This document shows, piece by piece, positions 1-10,293 of a stretch of DNA of 64,000 nucleotides. The translations under genes were made by a program, and so were the position numbers. Numbering within the stretch: the stretch's first letter is position 1; each line of letters begins with the position of its first letter. Origin of the DNA: Escherichia coli. GTDB taxonomy: Bacteria; Pseudomonadota; Gammaproteobacteria; Enterobacterales; Enterobacteriaceae. The stretch lies in NCBI RefSeq assembly GCF_009931435.1, contig NZ_CP043414.1; one strand, 5' to 3'. Below the pieces are notes generated by a model. That model was not told where the DNA came from. It searched no databases and saw nothing but the letters and a program-made list of their open reading frames with translations.

Positions 1-1
1 T

Positions 2-1171
2 TTGCGCCAGTTACCGCTGACCGATGAACAAAAGAAACGCATTCCGGAAGATGCCAGCACTTTGCACCGATTGCTGGGTGCGCAGCCGGGTAGCCAGCGT
101 TTACGTCATCATGCCGGTAACCCGCTGCATCTTGATGTGCTGGTGGTAGATGAAGCGTCAATGATCGATCTGCCTATGATGTCGAGACTGATCGACGCCT
201 TGCCCGATCATGCGCGAGTGATCTTTCTCGGCGATCGTGATCAACTGGCCTCGGTTGAGGCTGGGGCTGTGCTGGGCGATATCTGCGCTTATGCCAACGC
301 GGGCTTTACCGCCGAGCGTGCCGGGCAGTTGAGCCGCCTGACGGGAACTCACGTTCCGTCAGGAACTGGCACAGAAGCGGCATCTTTGCGCGACAGTCTC
401 TGCCTGCTGCAAAAAAGCTATCGTTTCGGCAGCGATTCTGGCATTGGTCAGTTAGCTGCGGCGATCAACCGTGGTGATAAAACGGCAGTGAAAACCGTTT
501 TTCAGCAGGATTTTACTGATATCGAAAAACGGCTTTTACAGAGCGGCGAAGACTATATTGCGATGCTTGAGGAGGCTCTTGCGGGTTACGGGCGTTATCT
601 GGATCTGCTGCAAGCGCGTGCCGAGCCGGATTTAATCATTCAGGCGTTCAATGAATACCAGCTTTTGTGCGCCCTGCGGGAAGGGCCGTTTGGCGTGGCT
701 GGATTGAATGAGCGAATTGAGCAGTTTATGCAACAGAAGCGCAAAATTCATCGTCATCCGCACTCACGCTGGTACGAAGGCCGGCCGGTAATGATTGCCC
801 GCAATGACAGCGCGCTTGGGTTGTTTAATGGTGATATCGGCATTGCGCTGGATCGTGGGCAGGGGACGCGCGTCTGGTTTGCGATGCCGGATGGCAATAT
901 TAAGTCTGTGCAACCGAGCCGCCTGCCAGAACACGAAACCACGTGGGCGATGACGGTACATAAATCGCAGGGATCGGAGTTTGACCATGCTGCGTTGATT
1001 TTACCGAGCCAACGCACGCCAGTTGTAACGCGAGAGCTGGTTTACACTGCGGTGACCCGCGCGCGTCGCCGTCTGTCGTTGTATGCCGATGAGCGCATAT
1101 TAAGTGCGGCAATCGCCACTCGTACTGAGCGGCGCAGTGGTCTGGCGGCGTTGTTTAGTTCGCGGGAATAA
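2..1171 (+). CDS. recD: RecD, exodeoxyribonuclease V alpha subunit (C-terminal 389 aa; 5' end lies left of window)
   Basis: ORF open from window edge; helicase motifs ([16 protein letters not shown]); position next to argA as in E. coli. Confidence 0.9.
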   Translation: MRQLPLTDEQKKRIPEDASTLHRLLGAQPGSQRLRHHAGNPLHLDVLVVDEASMIDLPMMSRLIDALPDHARVIFLGDRDQLASVEAGAVLGDICAYANAGFTAERAGQLSRLTGTHVPSGTGTEAASLRDSLCLLQKSYRFGSDSGIGQLAAAINRGDKTAVKTVFQQDFTDIEKRLLQSGEDYIAMLEEALAGYGRYLDLLQARAEPDLIIQAFNEYQLLCALREGPFGVAGLNERIEQFMQQKRKIHRHPHSRWYEGRPVMIARNDSALGLFNGDIGIALDRGQGTRVWFAMPDGNIKSVQPSRLPEHETTWAMTVHKSQGSEFDHAALILPSQRTPVVTRELVYTAVTRARRRLSLYADERILSAAIATRTERRSGLAALFSSRE

Positions 1172-1175
1172 ACGT

Positions 1176-1441
<266 letters not shown>

Positions 1442-2754
1442 ACGCTGGTAGTTGTACAACTGCTTTTTGCTCTCGGGCAGTAAATCAATATCCACCGGGG
1501 TAAATCCACGTTCCTGGAACCAGTGAATACTGCGCGTGGTCAGTACAAACAATTTGCTTAATCCGCTTTGCTTCGCCTGAGCGGCAATGCGCTCCAGCAA
1601 AACCTCGCCCCTTGATGAGCTGCGGTAATCCGGGTGAACGGCCACACAGGCCATTTCCCCAATCTTCTCTTCCGGGAACGGATAGAGTGCTGCGCAGGCA
1701 ATAGTCGTGTTATCGCGCTGAATAATAGTGAATTTGTCGATTTCCATCTCCAGTTGCTCGCGAGAACGGCGTACCAGAATACCTTGCTGCTCCAGTGGGC
1801 GAATCAACTCCAGAATGCCGCCAATATCGTTGATGGTTGCGCGACGAATTTGCTCGGCGCTTTCCATCACAATCTGCGTACCGATACCGTCACGTGAGAA
1901 CAACTCTTGCAACAGCGCGCCATCTTCCTGGTAACTAATTAAATGACAGCGACGTACGCCGCTGCGGCAGGCTTTCACCGCACCACGCAAAAAGCGCACC
2001 GTACCGGAGTTGTAATCGCCTTTCTCTTCCTGAGCTTCTACCCGCGCTTGTGCTTCGTTAGGGAAAAGCTCGGAGACAATATCGCCGTCGTCATTAGTGA
2101 CGCCCTGTGAAGAGCAAAAACCAATCATCTTTTCAGCTTTCAGTTTGATGGCCAGTTGAGTGGCGATCTCTTCCGAGGTCAGATTAAAGCTCTCGCCAGT
2201 GACTGAAACCGCGACCGGCCCCAGCAGCACTATCGCACCGCTGTCCAGTTGACGATGAATCGCATCTTCGTCAATCCGCCGGATACGCCCGCTATGGCAG
2301 TAATCCACACCGTCATCCACGCCCAGCGGCTGGGCAATAATAAAATTGCCACTGACGACGTTGATATGCGCGCCCTGCAGCGGCGTGTTATTGAGACTCA
2401 TCGACAGGCGAGCAGTAATGTCCAGTTGCAATGTTCCCGCAGCCTGCTTCACCAGTTCTAGTGTTTTGGCGTCGGTCACGCGTATATTTTTGTGATATAG
2501 CGGTTCGTGGTGATGCGCTGCCAGATTCGCATCGATCTGCGGGCGCGCTCCATAGACCACGACCAGACGGATGCCGAGGCTGTGCAGCAACCCGATATCA
2601 TTAACGATACTGGAGAAATTCTCATGCTCAATGGCTTCACCGCCGAGCATGATGACAAACGTTTTTCCCCGGTGGGTATTGATATAAGGAACCGAATGGC
2701 GGAATCCCTCGACCAACTCGGTTTTACGTTCCTTCATCACGGCACACCTCTTTG

Positions 2755-2792
2755 CATGATTATTCGTAATTATTGTATTTTTATTCTGTTTT
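2755..2792. promoter_or_regulatory. Putative ArgR operator (ARG boxes) in argA promoter
   Basis: AT-rich TGTATTTTTATTCTGT-type motif immediately upstream of argA start; from memory of ARG box consensus. Confidence 0.35.
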
Positions 2793-2970
2793 TTCACTGG
2801 GTGCAAGTGCAAATTTTACGCATGAGCAACTTTTTTATCAGTAATGCCGTGAATATAAAAAGAATGTTTACCGTTTATTAGATGACAGATTATGCGTCTT
2901 TCGCTAAAGTTTCCGGTCAAATTAGTCGTTTATTTGTTACACAGCTTAGATTTTTTTGCTCGGGAGATGC

Positions 2971-4224
2971 ATGTCGGGATCCAACACAGCAATCAGCCGT
3001 CGTCGTTTACTGCAAGGCGCGGGTGCCATGTGGCTATTGAGCGTAAGTCAGGTCAGTCTGGCTGCGGTCAGCCAGGTCGTGGCGGTGCGCGTCTGGCCTG
3101 CGTCCAGCTACACCCGTGTGACGGTAGAATCTAATCGTCAGCTGAAATATAAGCAGTTCGCGTTGAGTAACCCTGAACGCGTGGTGGTGGATATCGAAGA
3201 TGTAAACCTGAACTCAGTGCTCAAGGGGATGGCGGCACAAATTCGTGCTGATGACCCGTTCATCAAGTCGGCGCGCGTCGGGCAGTTTGACCCGCAAACC
3301 GTGCGGATGGTTTTTGAGTTAAAGCAAAACGTAAAACCGCAGCTGTTTGCCCTTGCTCCGGTCGCCGGGTTTAAAGAGCGTCTGGTGATGGATCTCTATC
3401 CTGCCAATGCTCAGGACATGCAGGACCCGCTGCTGGCGCTGCTGGAGGATTACAATAAAGGCGATCTCGAAAAGCAGGTGCCGCCTGCGCAGAGTGGCCC
3501 GCAGCCAGGCAAAGCAGGGCGCGATCGTCCGATTGTCATTATGCTTGACCCTGGCCATGGCGGCGAAGACTCCGGTGCGGTGGGGAAATACAAAACGCGT
3601 GAAAAAGACGTGGTATTGCAAATTGCCCGCCGTTTGCGCTCTCTGATTGAGAAAGAGGGCAATATGAAAGTTTACATGACCCGTAATGAAGACATCTTCA
3701 TTCCGTTGCAAGTGCGCGTAGCAAAAGCACAGAAACAGCGTGCTGACTTGTTTGTCTCTATTCATGCCGATGCCTTTACCAGTCGCCAGCCGAGCGGTTC
3801 ATCTGTGTTTGCGCTCTCTACCAAAGGTGCAACCAGTACCGCGGCAAAATATCTGGCGCAAACTCAGAACGCCTCGGACTTGATTGGTGGCGTGAGTAAG
3901 AGCGGCGACCGTTATGTCGACCATACTATGTTCGATATGGTGCAGTCGCTGACCATTGCCGACAGTCTGAAGTTTGGTAAAGCTGTGTTGAATAAGCTCG
4001 GTAAAATCAACAAGCTGCATAAAAATCAGGTTGAACAAGCCGGGTTTGCCGTGCTGAAAGCGCCTGATATACCCTCCATTTTGGTCGAAACGGCGTTTAT
4101 CAGTAACGTTGAGGAAGAACGTAAACTGAAAACGGCAACCTTCCAGCAGGAAGTTGCGGAATCAATCCTCGCAGGAATAAAAGCGTATTTTGCCGATGGG
4201 GCGACGCTGGCGAGAAGGGGATAA
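2971..4224 (+). CDS. amiC: N-acetylmuramoyl-L-alanine amidase AmiC (Tat signal SRRRLLQG)
   Basis: Tat motif, amidase_3 domain, 417 aa from Met at 2971; synteny with argA. Confidence 0.9.
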
Positions 4225-4394
4225 TGTTTTTATTTATTCAATGAATTTATATTTCGTTGAATAGATAATATTTACCTGAATATTAGACGTTGGTTTTGTG
4301 ACTGATGTCGAATATTTGAATGTCGGCTTGAAAAATAAGCCGACCATCTCTTTAATTAAGCACAATTCCGTGTAATGTATATGCATTAGTTAAT

Positions 4395-4470
4395 CATCTT
4401 GTAACTGTTAAATCAGGCAAGGCAATGTTTGAAGTAATTATTACTTCTGACGTGCCTTGCCTTTTTTTTT
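4395..4470 (+). promoter_or_regulatory. RAT-like element overlapping a rho-independent terminator (stem AGGCAAGGCA/TGCCTTGCCT 4415-4462, then T9) in leader of antiterminator-PTS operon
   Basis: Perfect 10-bp inverted repeat followed by 9 T; upstream GTAACTG..CAGGCAA resembles bgl RAT; sits directly 5' of a BglG-family gene. Confidence 0.5.
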
Positions 4471-4481
4471 GGAGCTATGGA

Positions 4482-5306
4482 ATGATCATCGAAAAAGTCA
4501 TGAACAATAATTGTGTACAGGCATCGATGAATGGACAGGAGGTTATCATTTCTGGGCCTGGCGTCGGTTACAACAAAAAATATGGAATGTCGGTCCCTGA
4601 GCATCCGGCTAACCGGATTTTTTATGTCAGAAATGAACAAAAAAATAAACTCTACAAATTGATTGAACATGTGGATATTGAGTATGTTTTTGTTGCCGAA
4701 AAAATAGTGCAATATGCAGAGAACAATCTCGAAAAAAATCTCAATCCATCGCTACTATTGATTCTTGCTGATCACATTTCGAATGCAATATCCCGAGTCG
4801 CTTCAGGCATACAAATTAATAATGTTTTCCTTGATGAAATCAAAGCGTTGTACAAAGCAGAGTATGCGATAAGTCGCGATGCATTAACTATCATTAATGA
4901 GCAATTTAGCGTTCAACTTCCTGATGATGAGATTGGTTTTATAGCATTGCATATTTTAAATAATTATGAAAATTCAGTTGATTATGAATCAGTACGGATT
5001 ATTGAGTTGTCGCAAATAATCACGGGGCTTATTGAAGTTGTTTATAACAGAAAGGTGGACAGAAGTTCATTTAATTATTCCAGGTTCATGATACACCTTA
5101 AATATTTTTCAAGTCGCGTATTATGCAATGAAAAAATAAAACAGAAAGATATTGGTGATCTCTATGAACAGTTTCTTGAGAAAGACATTCTGTTACAGCG
5201 CGCAATTCATGAAATTGAAAGGTATTTGTACGCCACTTTTAAATATGAATTGATTTTGGAAGAAAAACTATATCTCTCTATTCGCACCAAAGTATTAATG
5301 GACTAA
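4482..5306 (+). CDS. BglG/LicT-family transcription antiterminator (CAT RNA-binding domain + 2 PRDs)
   Basis: N-terminal MIIEKVMNNNCVQA.. CAT-like, PRD-like IALHI motif; start moved to ATG 4482 with GGAG RBS because ORF-track start 4425 lies inside the terminator loop. Confidence 0.75.
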   Translation: MIIEKVMNNNCVQASMNGQEVIISGPGVGYNKKYGMSVPEHPANRIFYVRNEQKNKLYKLIEHVDIEYVFVAEKIVQYAENNLEKNLNPSLLLILADHISNAISRVASGIQINNVFLDEIKALYKAEYAISRDALTIINEQFSVQLPDDEIGFIALHILNNYENSVDYESVRIIELSQIITGLIEVVYNRKVDRSSFNYSRFMIHLKYFSSRVLCNEKIKQKDIGDLYEQFLEKDILLQRAIHEIERYLYATFKYELILEEKLYLSIRTKVLMD

Positions 5307-5337
5307 TTATATATAACATTTATATGAGATAACCCGC

Positions 5338-6918
5338 ATGAAACAAAAGAAAGCCTGGAGTTTTTTTCAGAGCCTGGGAAAGGCATTTATGTATCCCATC
5401 GCTCTGCTAAGTGTATGTGGCATGATGTTAGGGCTAGGAAGTGGTTTAGCCAGCGATGATATGGCAAAATTAATTCCACTACTGGCTATTCCCGTAATTA
5501 AAACCATTCTTGATTTTATTGTTAGCCTTGGTTTGTTTGCCTTTGTCAATTTACCTGTATTGTTTGCGATAGCTATACCTCTGGGGTTATTAAAAGAGAA
5601 AGAGGATAAAGCCTATGGCGCTTTTTCTGGCTTAATTGGTTTCATGGCGATGCATCTGGGAACGAACTTTTATCTTAAACAACATGACTTATTGGTCGCT
5701 GCTGATCAAATGTCGACACATGGGCAAACCATTATTCTGGGAATCCAGTCCTACAATACCAGTGTGTTGGGTGGGATTATAGCAGGATTATTAGTCGCCA
5801 GTATGTATAAAAAGATCGTTAACTTACGTATTCCTGAATCATTAGGATTTTATAGTGGCCCACGCCTGGTGCCTATTATTACACTGATTGTGATGAGTGG
5901 ATTTGGTCTGATCATCCCTTTTATCTGGCCGCCATTTTTCAATCTTTTCATGCTCATTGGCCACTGGATTTCAACTTCCGGTCCTGTTGGCTATTTTTTC
6001 TATGCAGTCGCCGAACGCGTGACGATACCTTTTGGTTTAAATCACCTGGTGACGTCAGTTTTCCGCTTTACCCCCATCGGCGGATCGGCAGTGATCGGCG
6101 GCGAAGAGTATTATGGCACCCTGAACATGTTTATGGCGTACGTCAAAGAGAATGCGGTCATTCCGCTGGATTTGGCGGGGAAAATGGAACAGGGCAAACT
6201 GATGATTCAGTATGGTCTGGCTGGTGCCGCGCTGGCGATGTATCGCACTGCTCATGCTCAAAACAGAAAAGCTATCAAAGCATTGCTTATTTCCGGGGTG
6301 CTTACAGTCATTATTGGCGGCGTCAGCGAACCGATTGAGTTTCTGTTCTTATTTGTCAGTCCACTGCTGTTTGTCTTCCATGCCTTTATGAATGGATTCG
6401 CCAACATGGTCTTGCCATATATGGGCGTGAAGATGGGATTTACTGGCGATCTGATTCAATTTATTAGCTTTGGCGTATTGCGTGGCACAAGAACAGGTTG
6501 GCCAATAGCGGTGTGTGTCGAAGTGGCCTATTTCTTTATTTATTACTTTGTGTTCCGTTGGACTATTCTCAAATTTAACCTGATGACGGTAGGCCGTGAA
6601 GAGTCCAGTCCTGTCACGCTGAACGCTCATGAGGATACGGCTATAGCGGATATCCCAACGCTTGATAAATCAGAGCTGCAAGCAGCGGAGCAGATGGTTA
6701 AGGCACTTGGTGGTAAAGAGAATATTAAATCCCTGGATAATTGCGTAACTCGTTTACGTTTAACAATCGCAGATATGGGATTGATTGACGAGGCAGCAAT
6801 AAAAAGAGCTGGCGGAATTGCGGTTGTTAAACTTGATCAAAATACCCTACAAGTCATTATCGGTACTAAAGTCATCGCCTTGCGTCGGGATATGGATAAC
6901 TACATGGGGATATGCTGA
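5338..6918 (+). CDS. PTS EIICB component, glucose/maltose (MalX/PtsG) family; no EIIA domain
   Basis: Multi-TM EIIC region plus C-terminal EIIB with NCVTRLRL phosphorylation-site motif. Confidence 0.85.
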   Translation: MKQKKAWSFFQSLGKAFMYPIALLSVCGMMLGLGSGLASDDMAKLIPLLAIPVIKTILDFIVSLGLFAFVNLPVLFAIAIPLGLLKEKEDKAYGAFSGLIGFMAMHLGTNFYLKQHDLLVAADQMSTHGQTIILGIQSYNTSVLGGIIAGLLVASMYKKIVNLRIPESLGFYSGPRLVPIITLIVMSGFGLIIPFIWPPFFNLFMLIGHWISTSGPVGYFFYAVAERVTIPFGLNHLVTSVFRFTPIGGSAVIGGEEYYGTLNMFMAYVKENAVIPLDLAGKMEQGKLMIQYGLAGAALAMYRTAHAQNRKAIKALLISGVLTVIIGGVSEPIEFLFLFVSPLLFVFHAFMNGFANMVLPYMGVKMGFTGDLIQFISFGVLRGTRTGWPIAVCVEVAYFFIYYFVFRWTILKFNLMTVGREESSPVTLNAHEDTAIADIPTLDKSELQAAEQMVKALGGKENIKSLDNCVTRLRLTIADMGLIDEAAIKRAGGIAVVKLDQNTLQVIIGTKVIALRRDMDNYMGIC

Positions 6919-8093
6919 TGGATGTTTTTAATACTCCTATTTCCCGCAAAGGAACATATTGTACCCAATGGGACTTTTGCGAGGACAGATTTGGTGTAAA
7001 AGATGTATTACCATTCTCTATTTCAGATATGGATCTTCCGATACCGGAAGCTATCATCAGGGCATTAAAAAAACGTCTGGAACACCCGATTTTAGGGTAC
7101 AGCCGTTGGCAGCATGATGACTATCTGAATGCGATAGTCAATTGGTATCATCAACAATATAAAACTGAAATCAAACCAGAATGGATCACCTATAGCCCAA
7201 GCGTGATGTACTCCATTGCTAAAGCAATAGAGTTATTGACATCGCATGGTGATAATATTCTCGTTTTTACACCTGTCTATAATGCATTTTTTGATATAAT
7301 TAAACATAGCGAGAGAAATATTCTGACAGCCTCTTTGATTATAAAAAATGAGGGGGGCTACGCTATCAATTGGCAAGATTTTGATCTTAAGATTCAAAGC
7401 GCAAAGATGGTGTTATTATGTAATCCTCATAACCCGACAGGAACCGTCTGGTCGGAAGAAGATCTGCATAAAATCGCTGCAAGCTGTGCAAGACATAATG
7501 TCTGGTTATGTTCAGATGAAATTCACAGTGATTTTGTTTTTAATCGTAGCTTTACATCTGCGCTTAAAATAAAAAAAGAAAAAGTAGTGGTGTTTAATTC
7601 GATATCGAAGACATTTAATGTTCCTGCGCTAACAGGATCGTATATGATTTCAACTGACGATAATTTTAATCATGAGTTCAGAACGATATCAAGATATCGC
7701 GATTTTGTAAACTCCCCATCCGTACTGAATATAATTGCAACTATTATTGCCTATAACGAATGTGAGGGATGGTTAACGTCATTAAAGGCACATATTGCCT
7801 CTAACATTCAATTCACCCAGCAGTATCTGAACGAAAATACTCCAGAATTGATCGTAAGGCCTGCTGATGGTTGCTATTTTTCGTGGATAGATTGCTCTGC
7901 TATTGGTTATCCCTTTGATGAATTCTACAGTCGATTAATTCATGAAGGCAAAGTGGGCATTATGGCGGGGAATGTCTATGGAACGGAGGGGGAGGGCTAC
8001 CTTCGTCTGAACCTGGCCTGCGGTCGAGAAAAATTATATATGGGGCTTACGCGTCTTGCGAGTGTAATTAAAAATATTAATCAAGGAAAATAA
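6912..8093 (+). CDS. PLP-dependent C-S lyase / aminotransferase, MalY/PatB-like
   Basis: GTYCTQWDF..PFSISDMD..GYSRW and SISKTFN (PLP-Lys) motifs similar to E. coli MalY from memory; alternative start ATG 6918 overlaps PTS stop (TGATG). Confidence 0.8.
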   Translation: MLMDVFNTPISRKGTYCTQWDFCEDRFGVKDVLPFSISDMDLPIPEAIIRALKKRLEHPILGYSRWQHDDYLNAIVNWYHQQYKTEIKPEWITYSPSVMYSIAKAIELLTSHGDNILVFTPVYNAFFDIIKHSERNILTASLIIKNEGGYAINWQDFDLKIQSAKMVLLCNPHNPTGTVWSEEDLHKIAASCARHNVWLCSDEIHSDFVFNRSFTSALKIKKEKVVVFNSISKTFNVPALTGSYMISTDDNFNHEFRTISRYRDFVNSPSVLNIIATIIAYNECEGWLTSLKAHIASNIQFTQQYLNENTPELIVRPADGCYFSWIDCSAIGYPFDEFYSRLIHEGKVGIMAGNVYGTEGEGYLRLNLACGREKLYMGLTRLASVIKNINQGK

Positions 8094-8095
8094 AA

Positions 8096-8692
8096 ATGAA
8101 CAGCACGGATCTTATCCATCTCATTAAACATTTTATGCGTAACGAACATAAAGCAGTTGAAGAAGTTATTGATTCCCCCCTTTCGGAGGTCGCAAATTTA
8201 ATTAAAGTATTACAGTCTTGTCAGGGGAAAGTTGTTTTTATTGGTGTCGGTAAGTCCGGTATTATTGCCCGAAAACTCGCCGCAACATTTGCCAGCACTG
8301 GAACTCCCTCGTTTTTTGTTCACGGTACTGAAGCCGTACACGGCGATCTTGGGATGGTGGCGAAAGATGATGTTGTTATTCTTATTTCAAACAGTGGTGA
8401 GACGACAGAAATCCTGGCAACACTACCTAGTCTGAAAAAAATGGGTAATTATTTGATCTCCTTTACCCGCAGTCATCGCTCATCGCTTGCGATAAGTTGT
8501 GATTTATCCGTTGAAATTCCCGTAAAAAGTGAGGCGGATAATTTAGGTTTAGCGCCGTCATGCTCATCAACAGTCGTTCTGGTTGTTGGTGATGCGGTGG
8601 CGCTTGCGCTCTCCGAATTGAAAAAGTTTACTCGTGCTGATTTCGGCTTATATCATCCAGGAGGTGCGCTCGGTATTAAAGCAAACTCATAA
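8096..8692 (+). CDS. SIS-domain sugar-phosphate isomerase, KdsD/GutQ-like arabinose-5-phosphate isomerase lacking CBS domains
   Basis: GVGKSGIIARKLAATFASTGTPSFFVHGTEAVHGDLGM..HPGGALG closely resembles KdsD SIS domain; protein ends right after SIS domain (198 aa). Confidence 0.8.
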   Translation: MNSTDLIHLIKHFMRNEHKAVEEVIDSPLSEVANLIKVLQSCQGKVVFIGVGKSGIIARKLAATFASTGTPSFFVHGTEAVHGDLGMVAKDDVVILISNSGETTEILATLPSLKKMGNYLISFTRSHRSSLAISCDLSVEIPVKSEADNLGLAPSCSSTVVLVVGDAVALALSELKKFTRADFGLYHPGGALGIKANS

Positions 8693-8753
8693 TTTTAGAA
8701 TATAAAACAGTAACCGGTCACGCCATCTTTTGGGGTGGCGTTCATTGATGTGA

Positions 8754-9710
8754 GTGTCAGCTATGAAAAACGTTCTGGTCACCGTTCCCAGCTTTTCAGC
8801 GCGTTGTGTTTCTGCCAGCAAGCTGCTAAGAGAAAATCATTTTAACCTTATTATCAAGAATAATGTGGAGCATCTGGTTAAATCAGAATCCACAGTATTA
8901 CGAGAATCTATTTGCGCAGTCATTGCCGGAAAAGATTGTTATCAAGCGGATACGTTATCGCGACTACCAGGAGTGAAAATAATATCGAGATTCGGGACAG
9001 GGATTGATAATATTGATCTTCATACGGCTCGACAATCAGGTATTGTGGTCAATAATGCTGTTGGGATTAATTCAAATGCAGTCGCGGAATTTATCATTGG
9101 TCTTATTTTTGCGAGCATGAGAAATATCCCCGGTAGCTATCATGCGATGCAAAATGGTTATTGGGGCGAGTCGCATGGCTGCGAGTTACAAGGTAAACGT
9201 ATTGGCCTGCTTGGCTACGGCAATATTGGCAAAACACTGGCGAAAAGGTTATCTGGTTTTGATGTTGAGCTTTTAGCTTTTGACAAACAACCCGATTTCC
9301 AGGCCGCAGGCAAAGATGGAGTTCAGTTCGTATCAATTGAAGATATCTTTATGCAGTCTCATGTCATCATCGTTCTTTTGCCATTTTCTCCGGAGCTGGA
9401 GAACTTCATTAGTCATAAATATTTGTCGATGATGCGCAATGGTGCTCTTATCATCAACGCCGCAAGGGGAAAGTTGCTGGATGAGGGTGCTTTACTTCAG
9501 GTAATTGAAGAACGAAATGTTTTTGCAGCGCTGGATGTGTTTAGCTCTGAACCGCTAGCGCAATTTAGCCCATTGCTACATGCCAGGAATATCATTACAA
9601 CGCCGCATATTGCGGCCGCCACCGTTGAGTCATACCAGCAAACCGGGATATACGTTGCCAGGTCGATAATAGATTTCTTTGCAGGAAGGGAGATAAAAAA
9701 CGTGCTGTGA
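8754..9710 (+). CDS. D-isomer-specific 2-hydroxyacid dehydrogenase family protein (NAD-binding)
   Basis: GLLGYGNIGKTLAKRL Rossmann motif and overall family layout. Confidence 0.8.
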   Translation: MSAMKNVLVTVPSFSARCVSASKLLRENHFNLIIKNNVEHLVKSESTVLRESICAVIAGKDCYQADTLSRLPGVKIISRFGTGIDNIDLHTARQSGIVVNNAVGINSNAVAEFIIGLIFASMRNIPGSYHAMQNGYWGESHGCELQGKRIGLLGYGNIGKTLAKRLSGFDVELLAFDKQPDFQAAGKDGVQFVSIEDIFMQSHVIIVLLPFSPELENFISHKYLSMMRNGALIINAARGKLLDEGALLQVIEERNVFAALDVFSSEPLAQFSPLLHARNIITTPHIAAATVESYQQTGIYVARSIIDFFAGREIKNVL

Positions 9711-9736
9711 GTTCAGCTAAGGAAGATTTCAGGTAC

Positions 9737-9771
9737 AAAAAAACCGCAATTTGTGAAACACATTGCGGTTT
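9737..9771 (-). terminator. Rho-independent terminator of tRNA-fMet operon (possibly bidirectional)
   Basis: AACCGCAAT/ATTGCGGTT stem, followed by T-run on minus strand, directly 3' of last tRNA. Confidence 0.5.
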
Positions 9772-9788
9772 ATCAGCATCATAAGTGT

Positions 9789-9865
<77 letters not shown>

Positions 9866-9898
9866 TCACCGTACTGCTTTACTTCATCAAATTTTGAT

Positions 9899-9975
<77 letters not shown>

Positions 9976-10008
9976 TCACCGTACTGCTTTACTTCATCAA
10001 ATTTTAAT

Positions 10009-10085
<77 letters not shown>

Positions 10086-10293
10086 TCCGTGGATGCGCAC
10101 TATACTCCGCTCGCGTTTTCATGCAACCTTTTTTTTACCCAGATCACGGATTTGGTATGATTTTGAGCAAAAACAAATCACTAAAGCCTGTTTTTTGTGC
10201 AAAATTTGCGTCAGGGAGAGGCTGCTCATTTCATTAAACGCAGCGGTTTGTTATCTTCATTGCGCCTTATTTTTTAAACTGAAGAAGAGAACA

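Noticed and set aside
4425-4481. ORF-track start codon for the antiterminator at 4425
   Set aside because: That ATG lies in the loop of the leader terminator hairpin; ATG 4482 has a GGAG RBS and gives a normal-length BglG-family protein
4225-9736. Possibility that the amiC-metV cassette is an integrative mobile element (tRNA-targeting island)
   Set aside because: No integrase, excisionase, transposase or flanking direct repeats were seen, so it is not annotated as a mobile_element
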